A stretch of DNA of 64,000 nt from an uncultured Planctomycetota bacterium (GCA_963823665.1 CAWGMQ010000004.1:1568001-1632000), one strand, 5' to 3'. Shown: positions 9,977 through 19,540, counted from the first letter of the stretch. A program made the numbers and translations. The notes: generated from the sequence alone by a model not told the origin.

Positions 9977-10405
9977 ATGGCGGCAGAGCAGCGCAGGCTT
10001 GTGCCCAACCCCGTGTACACGCCCTCGGTGACGGTCTCGATTGCGCCGGGCGAGCTGCTCGACAAGCTGACGATCCTGGAAATCAAGACGGAGCGGATCA
10101 GCGATCCAGAGAAGCTGCGTCACGTGCGCACGGAATTGGCGGAGCTAACCGAGGCGCGCGAGCGGTCGATTTTCGAGCGCGAGGAGCTGGGGACGCTGAC
10201 GGCGGAGCTGCGCGCCGTCAACGAGGCTCTCTGGGATATCGAGGATCAGATCCGAGTTTGTGAGCGCGACGGAGATTTCGGGCCGAGATTCGTCGACCTG
10301 GCGCGGTCGGTGTACAAGAACAACGATCAACGCGCGGCTATCAAACGGAAGATCAATGAGCTGCTCGGTTCGCGGATCGTCGAGGAGAAGTCGTACGCGG
10401 GCTAG
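9977..10405 (+). CDS. DUF6165-like protein (start uncertain, 9884-10001)
   Basis: IAPGELLDKLTILEIK...VNEALWDIEDQIR...FVDLARSVYKNNDQRAAIKRKINELLGSRIVEEKSY. Confidence 0.8.
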   Translation: MAAEQRRLVPNPVYTPSVTVSIAPGELLDKLTILEIKTERISDPEKLRHVRTELAELTEARERSIFEREELGTLTAELRAVNEALWDIEDQIRVCERDGDFGPRFVDLARSVYKNNDQRAAIKRKINELLGSRIVEEKSYAG

Positions 10406-10599
10406 CCGGCCTCATCGGTCGCGCAATGAGTGCATGAGTTTCAACCCAAACCTCCGCGCAGGATCGCACACAATTTCATCGCATCGAGATTCCCACCCGA
10501 TACGACGCAGACGATCTTTCCCGCACCCCCCTGTCCCGACAGCGCACACGCCACAGGGCAGGCGCCGGCGCCCTCGGCGATAACGCGGTTGCGTTCGAC

Positions 10600-10765
10600 T
10601 TGCCGCCCCACGAATCTTGAACGAGCCGATCGGCTGGAGGCTCTCCAGCTTCAAATAAATCTCCGCCGCAATGTCGAAACCGTTCAAGCGGACCAAAGGC
10701 GTGTGCATCGCCGTCCCGGCGATCCGCCGGGGTGCGTCTTCGATGGCCGCGAGAGTGACCGGCAT
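10600..10765 (-). pseudogene. N-terminal fragment of a PLP-dependent threonine/serine dehydratase
   Basis: MPVTLAAIEDA.RRI...HTPL...IYLKLESLQPIGSFKIRGA, then similarity stops. Confidence 0.7.
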
Positions 10766-11029
10766 TTGCTCGTCCCAGCTTTCGAATCGAAACCTGCAAC
10801 GGCTGAGGCGGTTTTGGCCGGGCGCATCACTCGGCGACTGTGAGAATAACGCTGCCTCCATCGGGCATGTCGTCGATTTGCCGCGCCATGTCACCTGAGA
10901 ACGCGAGCAACTCGCGTAAGGTGATCTTCCTTATGTTCTCTTCGGGTAACCGTCCGGTGAAGTGCATCTTTATCCGGGCGGGGGTTGGTGTCAGGATAAG
11001 CCGGTGCCCTCACGCACCGGAGTCCACGC

Positions 11030-11425
11030 ATGTCCCGCGCTATTCCCAAATGCGATTGGTCAGCCATACTGGCTGACTTCCACCGCTCTGGTTTGACCCA
11101 AACTGAGTTTTGTCGCCGCCGTCATATCTCCGTCAGCTCCTTCCGCAGTTGGCTATACGGTCTCCGTGGCGGATTTCCTACCGCCGGCCCCTCGGAAAGC
11201 CGTCGCCCGGCGCCGGTCTCTGCCCCGGCGAGCTCCGCGCTCCCCGCCTTCCTTCCTGTGCTTGTCCGTCCCCAATCGAGGGTTTCTACGGCCGACCCCC
11301 ACGTCTCCCATCCACCCGCCTCGCTCGAGCTCGTCGTGAGTGAACGACACTTCGTCCGCATTCCACCCGGCTTTGATCCGGCGACCCTTCATCAACTCCT
11401 CGACGTCCTGGAAGATCGGCCGTGA
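11030..11425 (+). CDS. tnpA: IS66 accessory protein TnpA (HTH)
   Basis: W...LADFHRSGLTQTEFCRRRHISVSSFRSW...FLPV...VRIPPGFDPATLHQLL. Confidence 0.9.
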   Translation: MSRAIPKCDWSAILADFHRSGLTQTEFCRRRHISVSSFRSWLYGLRGGFPTAGPSESRRPAPVSAPASSALPAFLPVLVRPQSRVSTADPHVSHPPASLELVVSERHFVRIPPGFDPATLHQLLDVLEDRP

Positions 11426-11802
11426 TCAACTTCCCACCCACAGTCCGCATTTTCTTGGCCGTTGGGCCAGCGGATCTCCGGAAGGGATTCGACGGCCTCG
11501 CTGCCCTCACCTCTTCGACCATCGGCTTGGATCCCCTCTGCGGCCATCTCTTCGTCTTTCGCAATCGGCGGGGCGATCGCCTCAAGATCCTCTACTGGGA
11601 CCGCGATGGCTACGCGCTCTGGTACAAGCGGCTCGAGCGAGGCGTCTTCCGCTTCCCTCAACCCACGGCGAACCGCATCGAAGTCTCGCCGGCCGAGATG
11701 GCTGCCATCCTCGCCGGCATCGATTTACGCACCGCGGGCCGCCAGCGACGCTACACTTTGCCGGCGCCCATCCCCATCTCGCAGGCAGATGCACTCGTAT
11801 AA
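11422..11802 (+). CDS. tnpB: IS66 accessory protein TnpB
   Basis: DLRKGFDGL...LFVFRNRRGDRLKILYWDRDGYALWYKRLERGVF. Confidence 0.95.
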   Translation: MINFPPTVRIFLAVGPADLRKGFDGLAALTSSTIGLDPLCGHLFVFRNRRGDRLKILYWDRDGYALWYKRLERGVFRFPQPTANRIEVSPAEMAAILAGIDLRTAGRQRRYTLPAPIPISQADALV

Positions 11803-11852
11803 TCTTCTGAGAATCTCTCGTCACATTGACGGCGGTCGACCGTAATAACGGT

Positions 11853-13415
11853 ATGACGACGGCGGCCGATTCACTCCCCACCGATCTGGAAACCGCCCAT
11901 CAGCTCATCCGCGAGCTCTTGGAGACGCTGCGCCAGCAGACCGTCCTGAACGAGCACCTCCAGCATCAGCTCGAAAAGCTCCTGCGGCGGATCTACGGCC
12001 CCAGGACCGAAAAGCTCGACCCCAACCAACTCCTCCTTTTCGCCCGCGAGATCTTGGAAGCAACCGGAGTCGACCCCGCTGCGGCCCCACCGGCTGCCGA
12101 CGCGAAGACAACCGAGTCGGTTGACCAAGCGGAACCAACCAAGAAGAACGGGCACGGTCGTAAGCCGCTGCCCAGGAGCCTCGAGCGCCGGCGCAAGGTC
12201 CACGACGTTCTCCCCGAACTACTCCCGTGCCCCGACTGCGGCGTCATCCGCACCGGCATTGGCGAGGAGGTTCGCGAGCAGCTTGAATTTGTTCAGGCCA
12301 GCTTGATTGTGGTCGAGCATGTGCGGCCCAAGTACGCGTGCAAGGCATGCCAGGCCAACGTGATCATTGCCGAACGACTTCCTGAGCCGATCGAGAAAGG
12401 TTTGCCTGGCCCAGGGCTCATGGCCCAGGTGATCGTCAGCAAGTACGCCGACCATTTGCCGCTTTATCGGCAGGAAGGAATCTTCCGCCGTCACGGCGTG
12501 GAGCTGTCTCGTCAGACGATGTGCGATTGGATGGCGGTCTCTGCCGAATTGTTGGAACCGATCGTCGCGGAGATGCACTGCGAGATCCTCAAATCGCGGG
12601 TCATTCAGACTGACGACACGCCAGTACCCGTTCTGGACCGGAGTTTGGGGAAGACGCGGACAGGCCGGCTCTGGGACTACCTGGGGGATCGCGATCATCC
12701 CCACGTGGTGTACGACTACACGCCGGATCGCAGCGGCGAGGGACCGCAGCGGATGCTCGATGGTTATGAAGGCTACCTTCAAGCCGACGCGTATTCGGCC
12801 TACGACGCGATCTACGCCGGGAAGAAGATCATCGAAGTGGGGTGCTGGGCGCATGCGCGGCGGAAGTTCCACGAGTCCAAGTCGAGCGACGCGGTAAGGG
12901 CGCACGTGGCGATGGCCATGATTCAGCAGTTGTACAAGGTGGAGAAGGACACCAAGGATCAGGACGACGCGGTGCGCGGGGCATTGCGCCAGGAGCGTTC
13001 GAAGCCGATCTTGAATGAGATCCACGCTTGGTTGTTACAGGAAAAGAGTCGCGTATTGCCCAAGAGTCCGATCGGCGAAGCGATCGGGTATGCCTTGAAT
13101 CACTGGCAGGCGCTCGAGAGATTCACCGAGGCGGGTTGGCTGTCGATCGACAATAACGCCAGCGAGCGCGGGATGAAGCCGGTGGCACTCGGTCGAAAGA
13201 ATTGGTTATTCGCCGGGAGTGACGCCGGCGGCAAGACGGCGGCGACGCTGATGAGCTTGTGCATGACGTGCAAGAACGTGGGGGTGGATGCGTTTGCCTA
13301 TCTGCGTGACGTGCTGGAGCGGATCAGCACGCACCCCGCGCGGCGAATCAGAGAGTTGCTGCCGGATCAGTGGAAGAAAGAACGGGTGGCAGCGGAGACG
13401 AAGCCGGTGGAGTGA
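11853..13415 (+). CDS. tnpC: IS66 DDE transposase TnpC
   Basis: Leucine zipper, CPDCG..C..C zinc finger, KYADHLPLYRQ, QTDDTPV, CWAHARRKF, IDNNASER..KPVALGRKNWLF. Confidence 0.95.
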   Translation: MTTAADSLPTDLETAHQLIRELLETLRQQTVLNEHLQHQLEKLLRRIYGPRTEKLDPNQLLLFAREILEATGVDPAAAPPAADAKTTESVDQAEPTKKNGHGRKPLPRSLERRRKVHDVLPELLPCPDCGVIRTGIGEEVREQLEFVQASLIVVEHVRPKYACKACQANVIIAERLPEPIEKGLPGPGLMAQVIVSKYADHLPLYRQEGIFRRHGVELSRQTMCDWMAVSAELLEPIVAEMHCEILKSRVIQTDDTPVPVLDRSLGKTRTGRLWDYLGDRDHPHVVYDYTPDRSGEGPQRMLDGYEGYLQADAYSAYDAIYAGKKIIEVGCWAHARRKFHESKSSDAVRAHVAMAMIQQLYKVEKDTKDQDDAVRGALRQERSKPILNEIHAWLLQEKSRVLPKSPIGEAIGYALNHWQALERFTEAGWLSIDNNASERGMKPVALGRKNWLFAGSDAGGKTAATLMSLCMTCKNVGVDAFAYLRDVLERISTHPARRIRELLPDQWKKERVAAETKPVE

Positions 13416-13581
13416 CCGCGCTGGTCACGAGCAGAGAGCTTGCGCGCGTGCTGGTGCGGCCGGCGGTCGAGCGGGCCTGGATGCCCTCGGTGATCGGCCC
13501 CGAGCTCCCAGGCGCGCGAAGCAAGTCGCGCGCCGGCCGCGCGCATTTAGCCGCGTGTACTCCACCGGACGGTTACGGCAC

Positions 13582-14008
13582 TTTTCAATCCGTGTTGAAC
13601 GGGCAATTCCGTATGAAATTTTTCCGCTCTTAATCATTTGTGCTGACTGATGTTGCGCTTATACACTGTCGCAAAAATGTGCGGTCTAAAGGTGTGTTGG
13701 GCCCAAATCCGCGCATATTACTATCAGGCGATCAGTTGCGAGTGGGCCGTTGTCAGTCGTCGGGGGCAGGGAGCGCCGCCGCTTTGGGCGGCCCGCTGGC
13801 TTGGCCCCCGCCCGGCGGTGCGGCGTGATGCCGGCCCGGCCCGCGTCGCGAAGCTGACCTTAGCCTGCGCAACCAACCATGCTGGTTGGTCCGTGGCTCG
13901 AATCGCGTTTCTTTTTCATCTCTTCCATTCATCACATCGGGATGTGCTTTTCCACTCGTCAACGTCTGATGAACGTCATTCGATCGCTTGACGTCAGGAC
14001 CCGATCGC
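13582..14008 (+). repeat. Conserved ~430-bp non-coding element, copy A, upstream of the 14069 ORF
   Basis: Collinear blocks shared with the reverse complement of 46668-47169 plus 49087-49190 (see findings). Confidence 0.85.
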
Positions 14009-14068
14009 GGGGTCGCGGGACTTCGGGGCCAGGCTTCCAAGCTCATTTGAACAGGAATTCACACTGAT

Positions 14069-16195
14069 ATGGCCTCTGATGCACAAATCGCAGCGAATCG
14101 GCGGAATGCTTTGCGCTCCACAGGTCCCTCGTCTCCACAAGGGAGAGCGCGGTCGGCTATGAACGCTCGGAAGCGAACGATTCGCTCGGAGCAGGAGAAG
14201 CTCGGGCGGGATGAGAGTATTGCTTATGAGTCGCGATACATACGCTGGGCGGGGACTTATGCGCCGGAGACTGACCCCGAGGAGTTTCTGCTGCATGCGA
14301 ACTTGTTCGTGGCAGGGGAGATGGACCGTGCGGAGCGCGCGTACTTCGAACAAGCTCAGAGCGCGATCGATCAGGCCGTGGACGTCGAGATCGAAGAAGT
14401 GTACGACTTGGGCAACCGGCTGTTCTCCGATCCGCGAGGGGTGCCAGCTCCATTGTATGGTACCCATCGCTTTAAAGTCAAAGACCCGGGGGGACCGTCG
14501 TGGGGGACCGAAACTGCGCCTCCGCTCGACGCCGGGAAGGTCGTGGGGAAACTGGAATCGAGCGCGATCGGTTGTTTCTGGATGCTCGGAAGGCTGGAAG
14601 AACTGCTGGAGAATGCGCAGAAGCATTTCTGGGCCGCGGAAGATCGGCTGCGGATGGTCCGATTGCTGGCGCGAAATCCTGTCGACGGGATCGCAGACCG
14701 GCGCGTCGCCGAGGTTTTCGCGGCGAGCTACGCGATTCGGCCGGTGGGCAAACCGTTCGATGATCTGCTCAGCGATATGAGCGAGCCGGTGCTCGAGGCC
14801 CATGTACAGGCCGTGAAGGCGAAGTGGCGCGACCTATCACGCAAAGATGAACCAGAGAAGGCCAGGCAGAGCCTGATCGACATGGTGGAGGGTGAGATCG
14901 AGCGGATCCGGGCGCTTGCGGCGGAGCACGAACAGAATGCCGGGGAGGATGCTGTACGGATACGGGCGCTCAAGGCGTACCAGGATAGCCCGAAGGCTGT
15001 GGCGATGCGCCGAGAGTATGTGAAATACAAGGGCTCGCTGGAGCGAGGACTCGTCGCGGTTCGGAGGGAGAAACGGGCGCGGAAGGCGGATAGCGATGCG
15101 GAGGCATTGCCGCCGGTGCCGGGGAAAGATATTAGCCCTTATGATGGGCGGCCGGCGTCTTGGTGGAGGGAGAGCGCGGGGGGCGGGAAGGCAGGACGGA
15201 GGGCGGCGGGCGGAGAACGGAGGACGGACGGCGAAGGGGCGGGAGACCTGCGGTCGGGCGGAGGGCGGGGTCTGGAGACCCGCGCCGAACAGGGTGAGAC
15301 CCGCGCCCAACAGGCGGAGGGTGGGGCGGATTTGGGTGAGTGTGGGAGCGGGGGAGCGATCGCGGCTGGTTGTTCGGGCGCGGCAGTTGAAAGCGGACTT
15401 GAGACTCCGGCGGACGGCACACGGAGTGTGCCTGCTACACCAATCGGTAAGGGCCGGGGGTGGGATTCGGTGGTGGTGGAGGAATCGGATGTTGTTGCTT
15501 GTGGGGGGTATTTGCCGGAGAGGTACATCGCGATTGCGGGCGGCGGCGACAGTGAGGCCGAGACTGCGGCTGGGCTCGAGAACGAGGTGCCGAAGCTTGA
15601 AACGACGAGCTCAGTTCCTGAGGAAGGCGGGACAAACGCGGAGCGTGTGGGTGAAGTCACGCAGGAGGTGCGGGCGGAAGGTGGTGATCTTGGGTGCGAT
15701 GAAAGGGCGTGCGACGGCGCTCTAGATTGGTCAACTCGGGTCGACGGCGAGCGCCCCGCCACCGGCGCCCAACAGGGCGGCACCGCCGGCAAAACGGCGG
15801 AGAAGTGCGAAAACGAAGCCAATTTGTGTGATGACGTGTGCGTAGTGCAACATCAAGAGATTGTTGAAGTTCCGGCGAATTCCGGCGGTGTTTCGGAAGT
15901 TGACGGCTGTCAAACGAAGCCAATTTTTTTGGAAACGAAGCCAATTCCGGCGGTTGGGCCGGAGGCGGGTGGAGCTGGGGGTTCGACCAAGGCGGAAGCA
16001 CGACACCTGACGGAACGTGAGCGGTGGGACGCGTGGAAGGAGATCAGGCGGCGGGAATGGATTCGGTCGCGTGCGGAGAAAGAGGCGCGGGAGCGGGAGC
16101 AGAGGGCGCGGTTGGACGCGGGGGTGCCGGATGCTGGGGCCACTTCGTCGACATCGGGGGAAGCGATGCCGCCGCATGATGTGCGGGGACCGTGA
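14069..16195 (+). CDS. Hypothetical protein of the 'QIAANRRNA..STGP' family; low-complexity, repeat-invaded C-terminal half
   Basis: MASDAQIAANRRNALRSTGPSSPQGRARSAMNARK; 708-aa ORF; AGGA upstream. Confidence 0.75.
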   Translation: MASDAQIAANRRNALRSTGPSSPQGRARSAMNARKRTIRSEQEKLGRDESIAYESRYIRWAGTYAPETDPEEFLLHANLFVAGEMDRAERAYFEQAQSAIDQAVDVEIEEVYDLGNRLFSDPRGVPAPLYGTHRFKVKDPGGPSWGTETAPPLDAGKVVGKLESSAIGCFWMLGRLEELLENAQKHFWAAEDRLRMVRLLARNPVDGIADRRVAEVFAASYAIRPVGKPFDDLLSDMSEPVLEAHVQAVKAKWRDLSRKDEPEKARQSLIDMVEGEIERIRALAAEHEQNAGEDAVRIRALKAYQDSPKAVAMRREYVKYKGSLERGLVAVRREKRARKADSDAEALPPVPGKDISPYDGRPASWWRESAGGGKAGRRAAGGERRTDGEGAGDLRSGGGRGLETRAEQGETRAQQAEGGADLGECGSGGAIAAGCSGAAVESGLETPADGTRSVPATPIGKGRGWDSVVVEESDVVACGGYLPERYIAIAGGGDSEAETAAGLENEVPKLETTSSVPEEGGTNAERVGEVTQEVRAEGGDLGCDERACDGALDWSTRVDGERPATGAQQGGTAGKTAEKCENEANLCDDVCVVQHQEIVEVPANSGGVSEVDGCQTKPIFLETKPIPAVGPEAGGAGGSTKAEARHLTERERWDAWKEIRRREWIRSRAEKEAREREQRARLDAGVPDAGATSSTSGEAMPPHDVRGP
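15242..15312 (+). repeat. REP-like repeat inside the coding sequence
   Basis: GGAGACCTGCGGTC...GGGTCTGGAGACCCGCGCCGAACAG followed by a second GAGACCCGCGCCCAACAG. Confidence 0.55.
15415..15438 (-). repeat. GTAG-type REP palindrome inside the coding sequence
   Basis: Reverse complement GTAG-CA-GGCACAC-TCC-GTGTGCC-G. Confidence 0.65.
15811..15946 (+). repeat. Three exact copies of AAACGAAGCCAATT
   Basis: At 15811, 15912 and 15933; spacings 101 and 21 nt. Confidence 0.9.
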
Positions 16196-16383
16196 GCGGT
16201 CGCGGGGGCTGGTGCGCGTCGATCGGATCACTGGCGGGTCGCGCCGTTTGCTCCCCTGGCAATGAGGTGTTGAAAAGTGGGCGGTGTTGGCGAATCTCGA
16301 GTTGCACTATTCGGCGAATTCTGTTGCGCGACGGATTTGTGATGGCGGCCGCCGGGATGCACACCCTCTTCTAGAGGAGGGCT

Positions 16384-16443
16384 TAAGAGTACGAATACGA
16401 TTAAGATTAAGATTAAGATTAAGAATACGATTACGAGCAGGAG
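16384..16443 (+). repeat. Hexamer tandem array (GATTAA/GAATAC/GATTAC units)
   Basis: ...GAGTAC GAATAC GATTAA GATTAA GATTAA GATTAA GAATAC GATTAC GAGCAG. Confidence 0.85.
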
Positions 16444-16606
16444 TTGTGCGGTCGAGCGACTCTCTTCAACCCGCTCACCACTCGAACGCCTGATCCCTCG
16501 CCGCACATTCTTACAATCGCGGCCGGCCTGCCTTACAATCATTGCTCGCATCTGGTTGAGGCGCAGCCGCATACGTACTCCCGTCCGGAGCCGAGACCCA
16601 GCGCTC

Positions 16607-18454
16607 ATGACCCAAGCCCTCCTCAAATCCGCGTTTGGCCACGACGATTTTCGACCCGGCCAAAAAGAGCTCATTGATGCGCTCAAGAACGGCCGGGATC
16701 TGCTCGGGGTCATGGCCACCGGCAGCGGAAAATCGCTTTGCTACCAGTTCCCGGCGGTCGAGAGCCAGAAGCGCTGCCTGGTCGTCTCGCCGCTGATCAG
16801 CTTGATGAACGATCAGGTCAAGAAACTCGAGCTGGCAGGCATTCCGGCCGCCGGTTTGCATAGCCACGCAGCGCCTTACGAGCGGCAGCAGGCGCTGGCC
16901 GAATGGACCGCGGGGCGGCTGCGATTTCTGTATGTCGCCCCCGAACGGTTTTCGGACGAAGCGTTCATCGCGCGGCTGGGCGCCGGCCGGCCGGATTACG
17001 TCGTCATTGACGAGGCGCATTGCATTTCCCAGTGGGGGCACGATTTTCGGCCGGAATACCAGACTCTGGGGCGGCTCAAGGAGCTCTTCGACATTCCGAT
17101 CGCCGCGTTCACGGCCACGGCCACGCCGCGCGTGCAGCGAGAGATCGTGGCGAACCTCAAACTTCGGCAACCGCTGGTCTGGGTGCACGGATTCTATCGG
17201 CCCAATCTCGCTTTCGCGGCGGCGATGGAATCGAAGTCGCGGCGGCGGCTGGAACGGATCCTCGAAGAAACCGACGTCGAAGGAGCATCCATTGTTTATT
17301 GTTCCTCGCGGAAGCGAGTGGATGAGCTGGTTCTCGAGCTGCGGGGTGAAGACCGGCCCGCGTTCGGGTATCACGCCGGAATGGAACCTGATCATCGGGC
17401 CGCGACTCACGGCCATTTTCGGGATGACGCGCGGGTTGTGATCGTGGCGACGAATGCTTTCGGCATGGGTGTGGACCGGCCTGACGTGCGCGCGGTGATC
17501 CACGCGCAGTTGCCGGGGACCGTGGAGGCCTATTACCAGGAAGCCGGGCGCGCCGGTCGAGACGGGCTGCCGGCGAAATGCCTGCTCTTGCACAGCCCGG
17601 GAGACGTCGCCATCCATGAATTCCTCAACCGTCAGTCGGTCGAGTCCATAGCGCCGGAGAAGCGAGAAGACTGGGAGAAGTTCCGGCGGGAGCAGCTCGA
17701 CCTGATGCGCCGCTATGCTTACGGCGCCGGCTGCCGCCAGCAGGCGATCATGGACTACTTCGGTGACGCCGAGACCTTGCCGAAGGGCTGCGGCCGGTGC
17801 GACAACTGCCAGACCCCGGAGGCCCCGCCCGTCGATGCGCGGACGCAGGAGACCGCGCGGATCGTGCTCTCAGGTGCAGCACGCCTCCAGGGTCGATTCG
17901 GCGGCAACCATCTCATCGATCTGGTCACCGGCAGCGATTCGGAACAGATCCGCAAGTACAGTCACGACCAACTGCCCACCTTCGGCCGGCTCAGCACCCT
18001 GACCAAGCGCCAGGTCCGGGCGATGATCGATGCGCTGGTGCGGCATGGATATCTGCGGCAAGAGGGCCTGCGCTACCCGGTGCTGGGGATCACCGAATCT
18101 GGCCGTGAGGTCATGCACGACCGAGCAAGAGCCCGGCTTCTCTCCTGGGAGCCTGTCTCCTCGCGAAGGGCGCGCAAGGAGAAGGAAGCGTCCGAGCGGC
18201 CAGCCGGTTCTCGCGCCACTGGCCCGGCGGTCGACGGCAGTCTGCGGCAGGCGCTTCGGGAATGGCGCGCACAGAAATCCAAGGAACTCGGAGTGCCGCC
18301 CTATACGATCTTCTGGGACCGCACGCTGGACGAGCTTTGTCGGATGCGGCCGTCGACGGCAACCGCGCTGCTCTCCATCTGGGGAATCGGCGAAGCAAAA
18401 CAGCGAATGTTCGGCGCCGAGCTCCTCGCGCTCGTCGCCGAAGACCGGCTGTAA
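16607..18454 (+). CDS. recQ: RecQ family ATP-dependent DNA helicase
   Basis: MATGSGKSLCYQ, DEAHCISQWGHDFRP, YYQEAGRAGRDG, Zn-binding cysteines, RQC and HRDC domains. Confidence 0.95.
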   Translation: MTQALLKSAFGHDDFRPGQKELIDALKNGRDLLGVMATGSGKSLCYQFPAVESQKRCLVVSPLISLMNDQVKKLELAGIPAAGLHSHAAPYERQQALAEWTAGRLRFLYVAPERFSDEAFIARLGAGRPDYVVIDEAHCISQWGHDFRPEYQTLGRLKELFDIPIAAFTATATPRVQREIVANLKLRQPLVWVHGFYRPNLAFAAAMESKSRRRLERILEETDVEGASIVYCSSRKRVDELVLELRGEDRPAFGYHAGMEPDHRAATHGHFRDDARVVIVATNAFGMGVDRPDVRAVIHAQLPGTVEAYYQEAGRAGRDGLPAKCLLLHSPGDVAIHEFLNRQSVESIAPEKREDWEKFRREQLDLMRRYAYGAGCRQQAIMDYFGDAETLPKGCGRCDNCQTPEAPPVDARTQETARIVLSGAARLQGRFGGNHLIDLVTGSDSEQIRKYSHDQLPTFGRLSTLTKRQVRAMIDALVRHGYLRQEGLRYPVLGITESGREVMHDRARARLLSWEPVSSRRARKEKEASERPAGSRATGPAVDGSLRQALREWRAQKSKELGVPPYTIFWDRTLDELCRMRPSTATALLSIWGIGEAKQRMFGAELLALVAEDRL

Positions 18455-18544
18455 TCGCGCGAGCCGAGTCTTTTGCTGACTGATTGAGCGGTACGGCGGC
18501 GAGCGAGTATCGCCCACCGAATGAGTTCCCCGCCAGGCAGCCGC

Positions 18545-19540
18545 TCAGCGCGGTTTCGCCGGACCACCGCGTTTCTCGATGACAGGTTTTTGCAACCGCC
18601 GCCGCGGAAACGCTGCCAGAACCTCCCTGACGCCGTCGGCCGGCAGGAACGACGCACACCCGATCAACATCACGAGCGAAAACGTCCAGAGGCCCATCGT
18701 GGCGCCGATGCCGAGATGGAGAAAGAGCGCCGCCAGAAGCACAAGCGGCCGGAGCAGACGCACCCAGATGAGCACGCAGAACGAAAGCTCAAAGAACAAG
18801 GTGAAATGGCTCAGCAGCTCGATCGCCCAGGGATGCCAGGCCGTCCAGGTCATGTCAACCGACTGGTATTCCAGATTGCCGAAGACGAGCCACATCGCCT
18901 GGCCGTTCCACCAGGCCGTCCCCTGCATTTTCGAAGCACCGGCAAAGAAATACACGATACACATATGAATTTGAATCAGCCTGAGGGCGAAGTTGGCGGC
19001 GATGGAGGGCGGTACCGGCTGCTTGTCCTTGGCCCGGCGGCGGGCCAGCCACGAGTCAACGGAAAGCGCCCTCCCGGAGGGGCCGATCGCCAGGTACAGG
19101 ATGAGCATGCCGATCAGCTTGTCGAGCCCGAACAGGGCCTCGGGAACGCGGTGGGCGAACGAGATCACGACCACGACGGACAGGATCGACGAGATTCGGG
19201 TCCAGAGCCCGATCGTGAACCAGAAGAGTACGGTCATCGAGCAGAAGTAAGCCACCCAGGTCCAGCGCGGCGGCACGGACCACCAAAATGTATACGCATA
19301 CTGATCTTTCAGGATAAAATCGATAAGGTCGCGGTTCATCCACGCGTCCTGGCCGAAAAAATCCTGGAGCGCAGCGCCCCAGATGGCGTGTTCGTAGAGC
19401 AAGACCAGGCCGGTCACGATCCGGATCAGGCCCAGGAGCGATGGATCAACCGGCGTGTACCAGAAATCGTTCCACCCGCGGGCGAGGCTGCCCACGAGCG
19501 TGGCCGGGTACTGCGCGAGTGCGATCAGGGCTCGTCGCAC
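18545..19540 (-). CDS. HTTM-domain membrane protein (vitamin K-dependent carboxylase-like / SdpB-like)
   Basis: Multi-TM; LGLIRI, GLWTR, LSVD, LRLIQIHMCIVYFFAGASK...WWNGQA, FHLGI-like, FSLVM. Confidence 0.85.
   Translation of the reverse strand: MRRALIALAQYPATLVGSLARGWNDFWYTPVDPSLLGLIRIVTGLVLLYEHAIWGAALQDFFGQDAWMNRDLIDFILKDQYAYTFWWSVPPRWTWVAYFCSMTVLFWFTIGLWTRISSILSVVVVISFAHRVPEALFGLDKLIGMLILYLAIGPSGRALSVDSWLARRRAKDKQPVPPSIAANFALRLIQIHMCIVYFFAGASKMQGTAWWNGQAMWLVFGNLEYQSVDMTWTAWHPWAIELLSHFTLFFELSFCVLIWVRLLRPLVLLAALFLHLGIGATMGLWTFSLVMLIGCASFLPADGVREVLAAFPRRRLQKPVIEKRGGPAKPR

Larger units (their letters stand above)
10946..13576 (+). mobile_element. Complete IS66-family insertion sequence
   Basis: IRL GTAACCGTCCGGTGAAGTGCAT at 10946; IRR reverse complement GTAACCGTCCGGTGGAGTACAC ending 13576 (19/22 match); tnpA-tnpB-tnpC order; no 8-bp target duplication. 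Confidence 0.95.
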
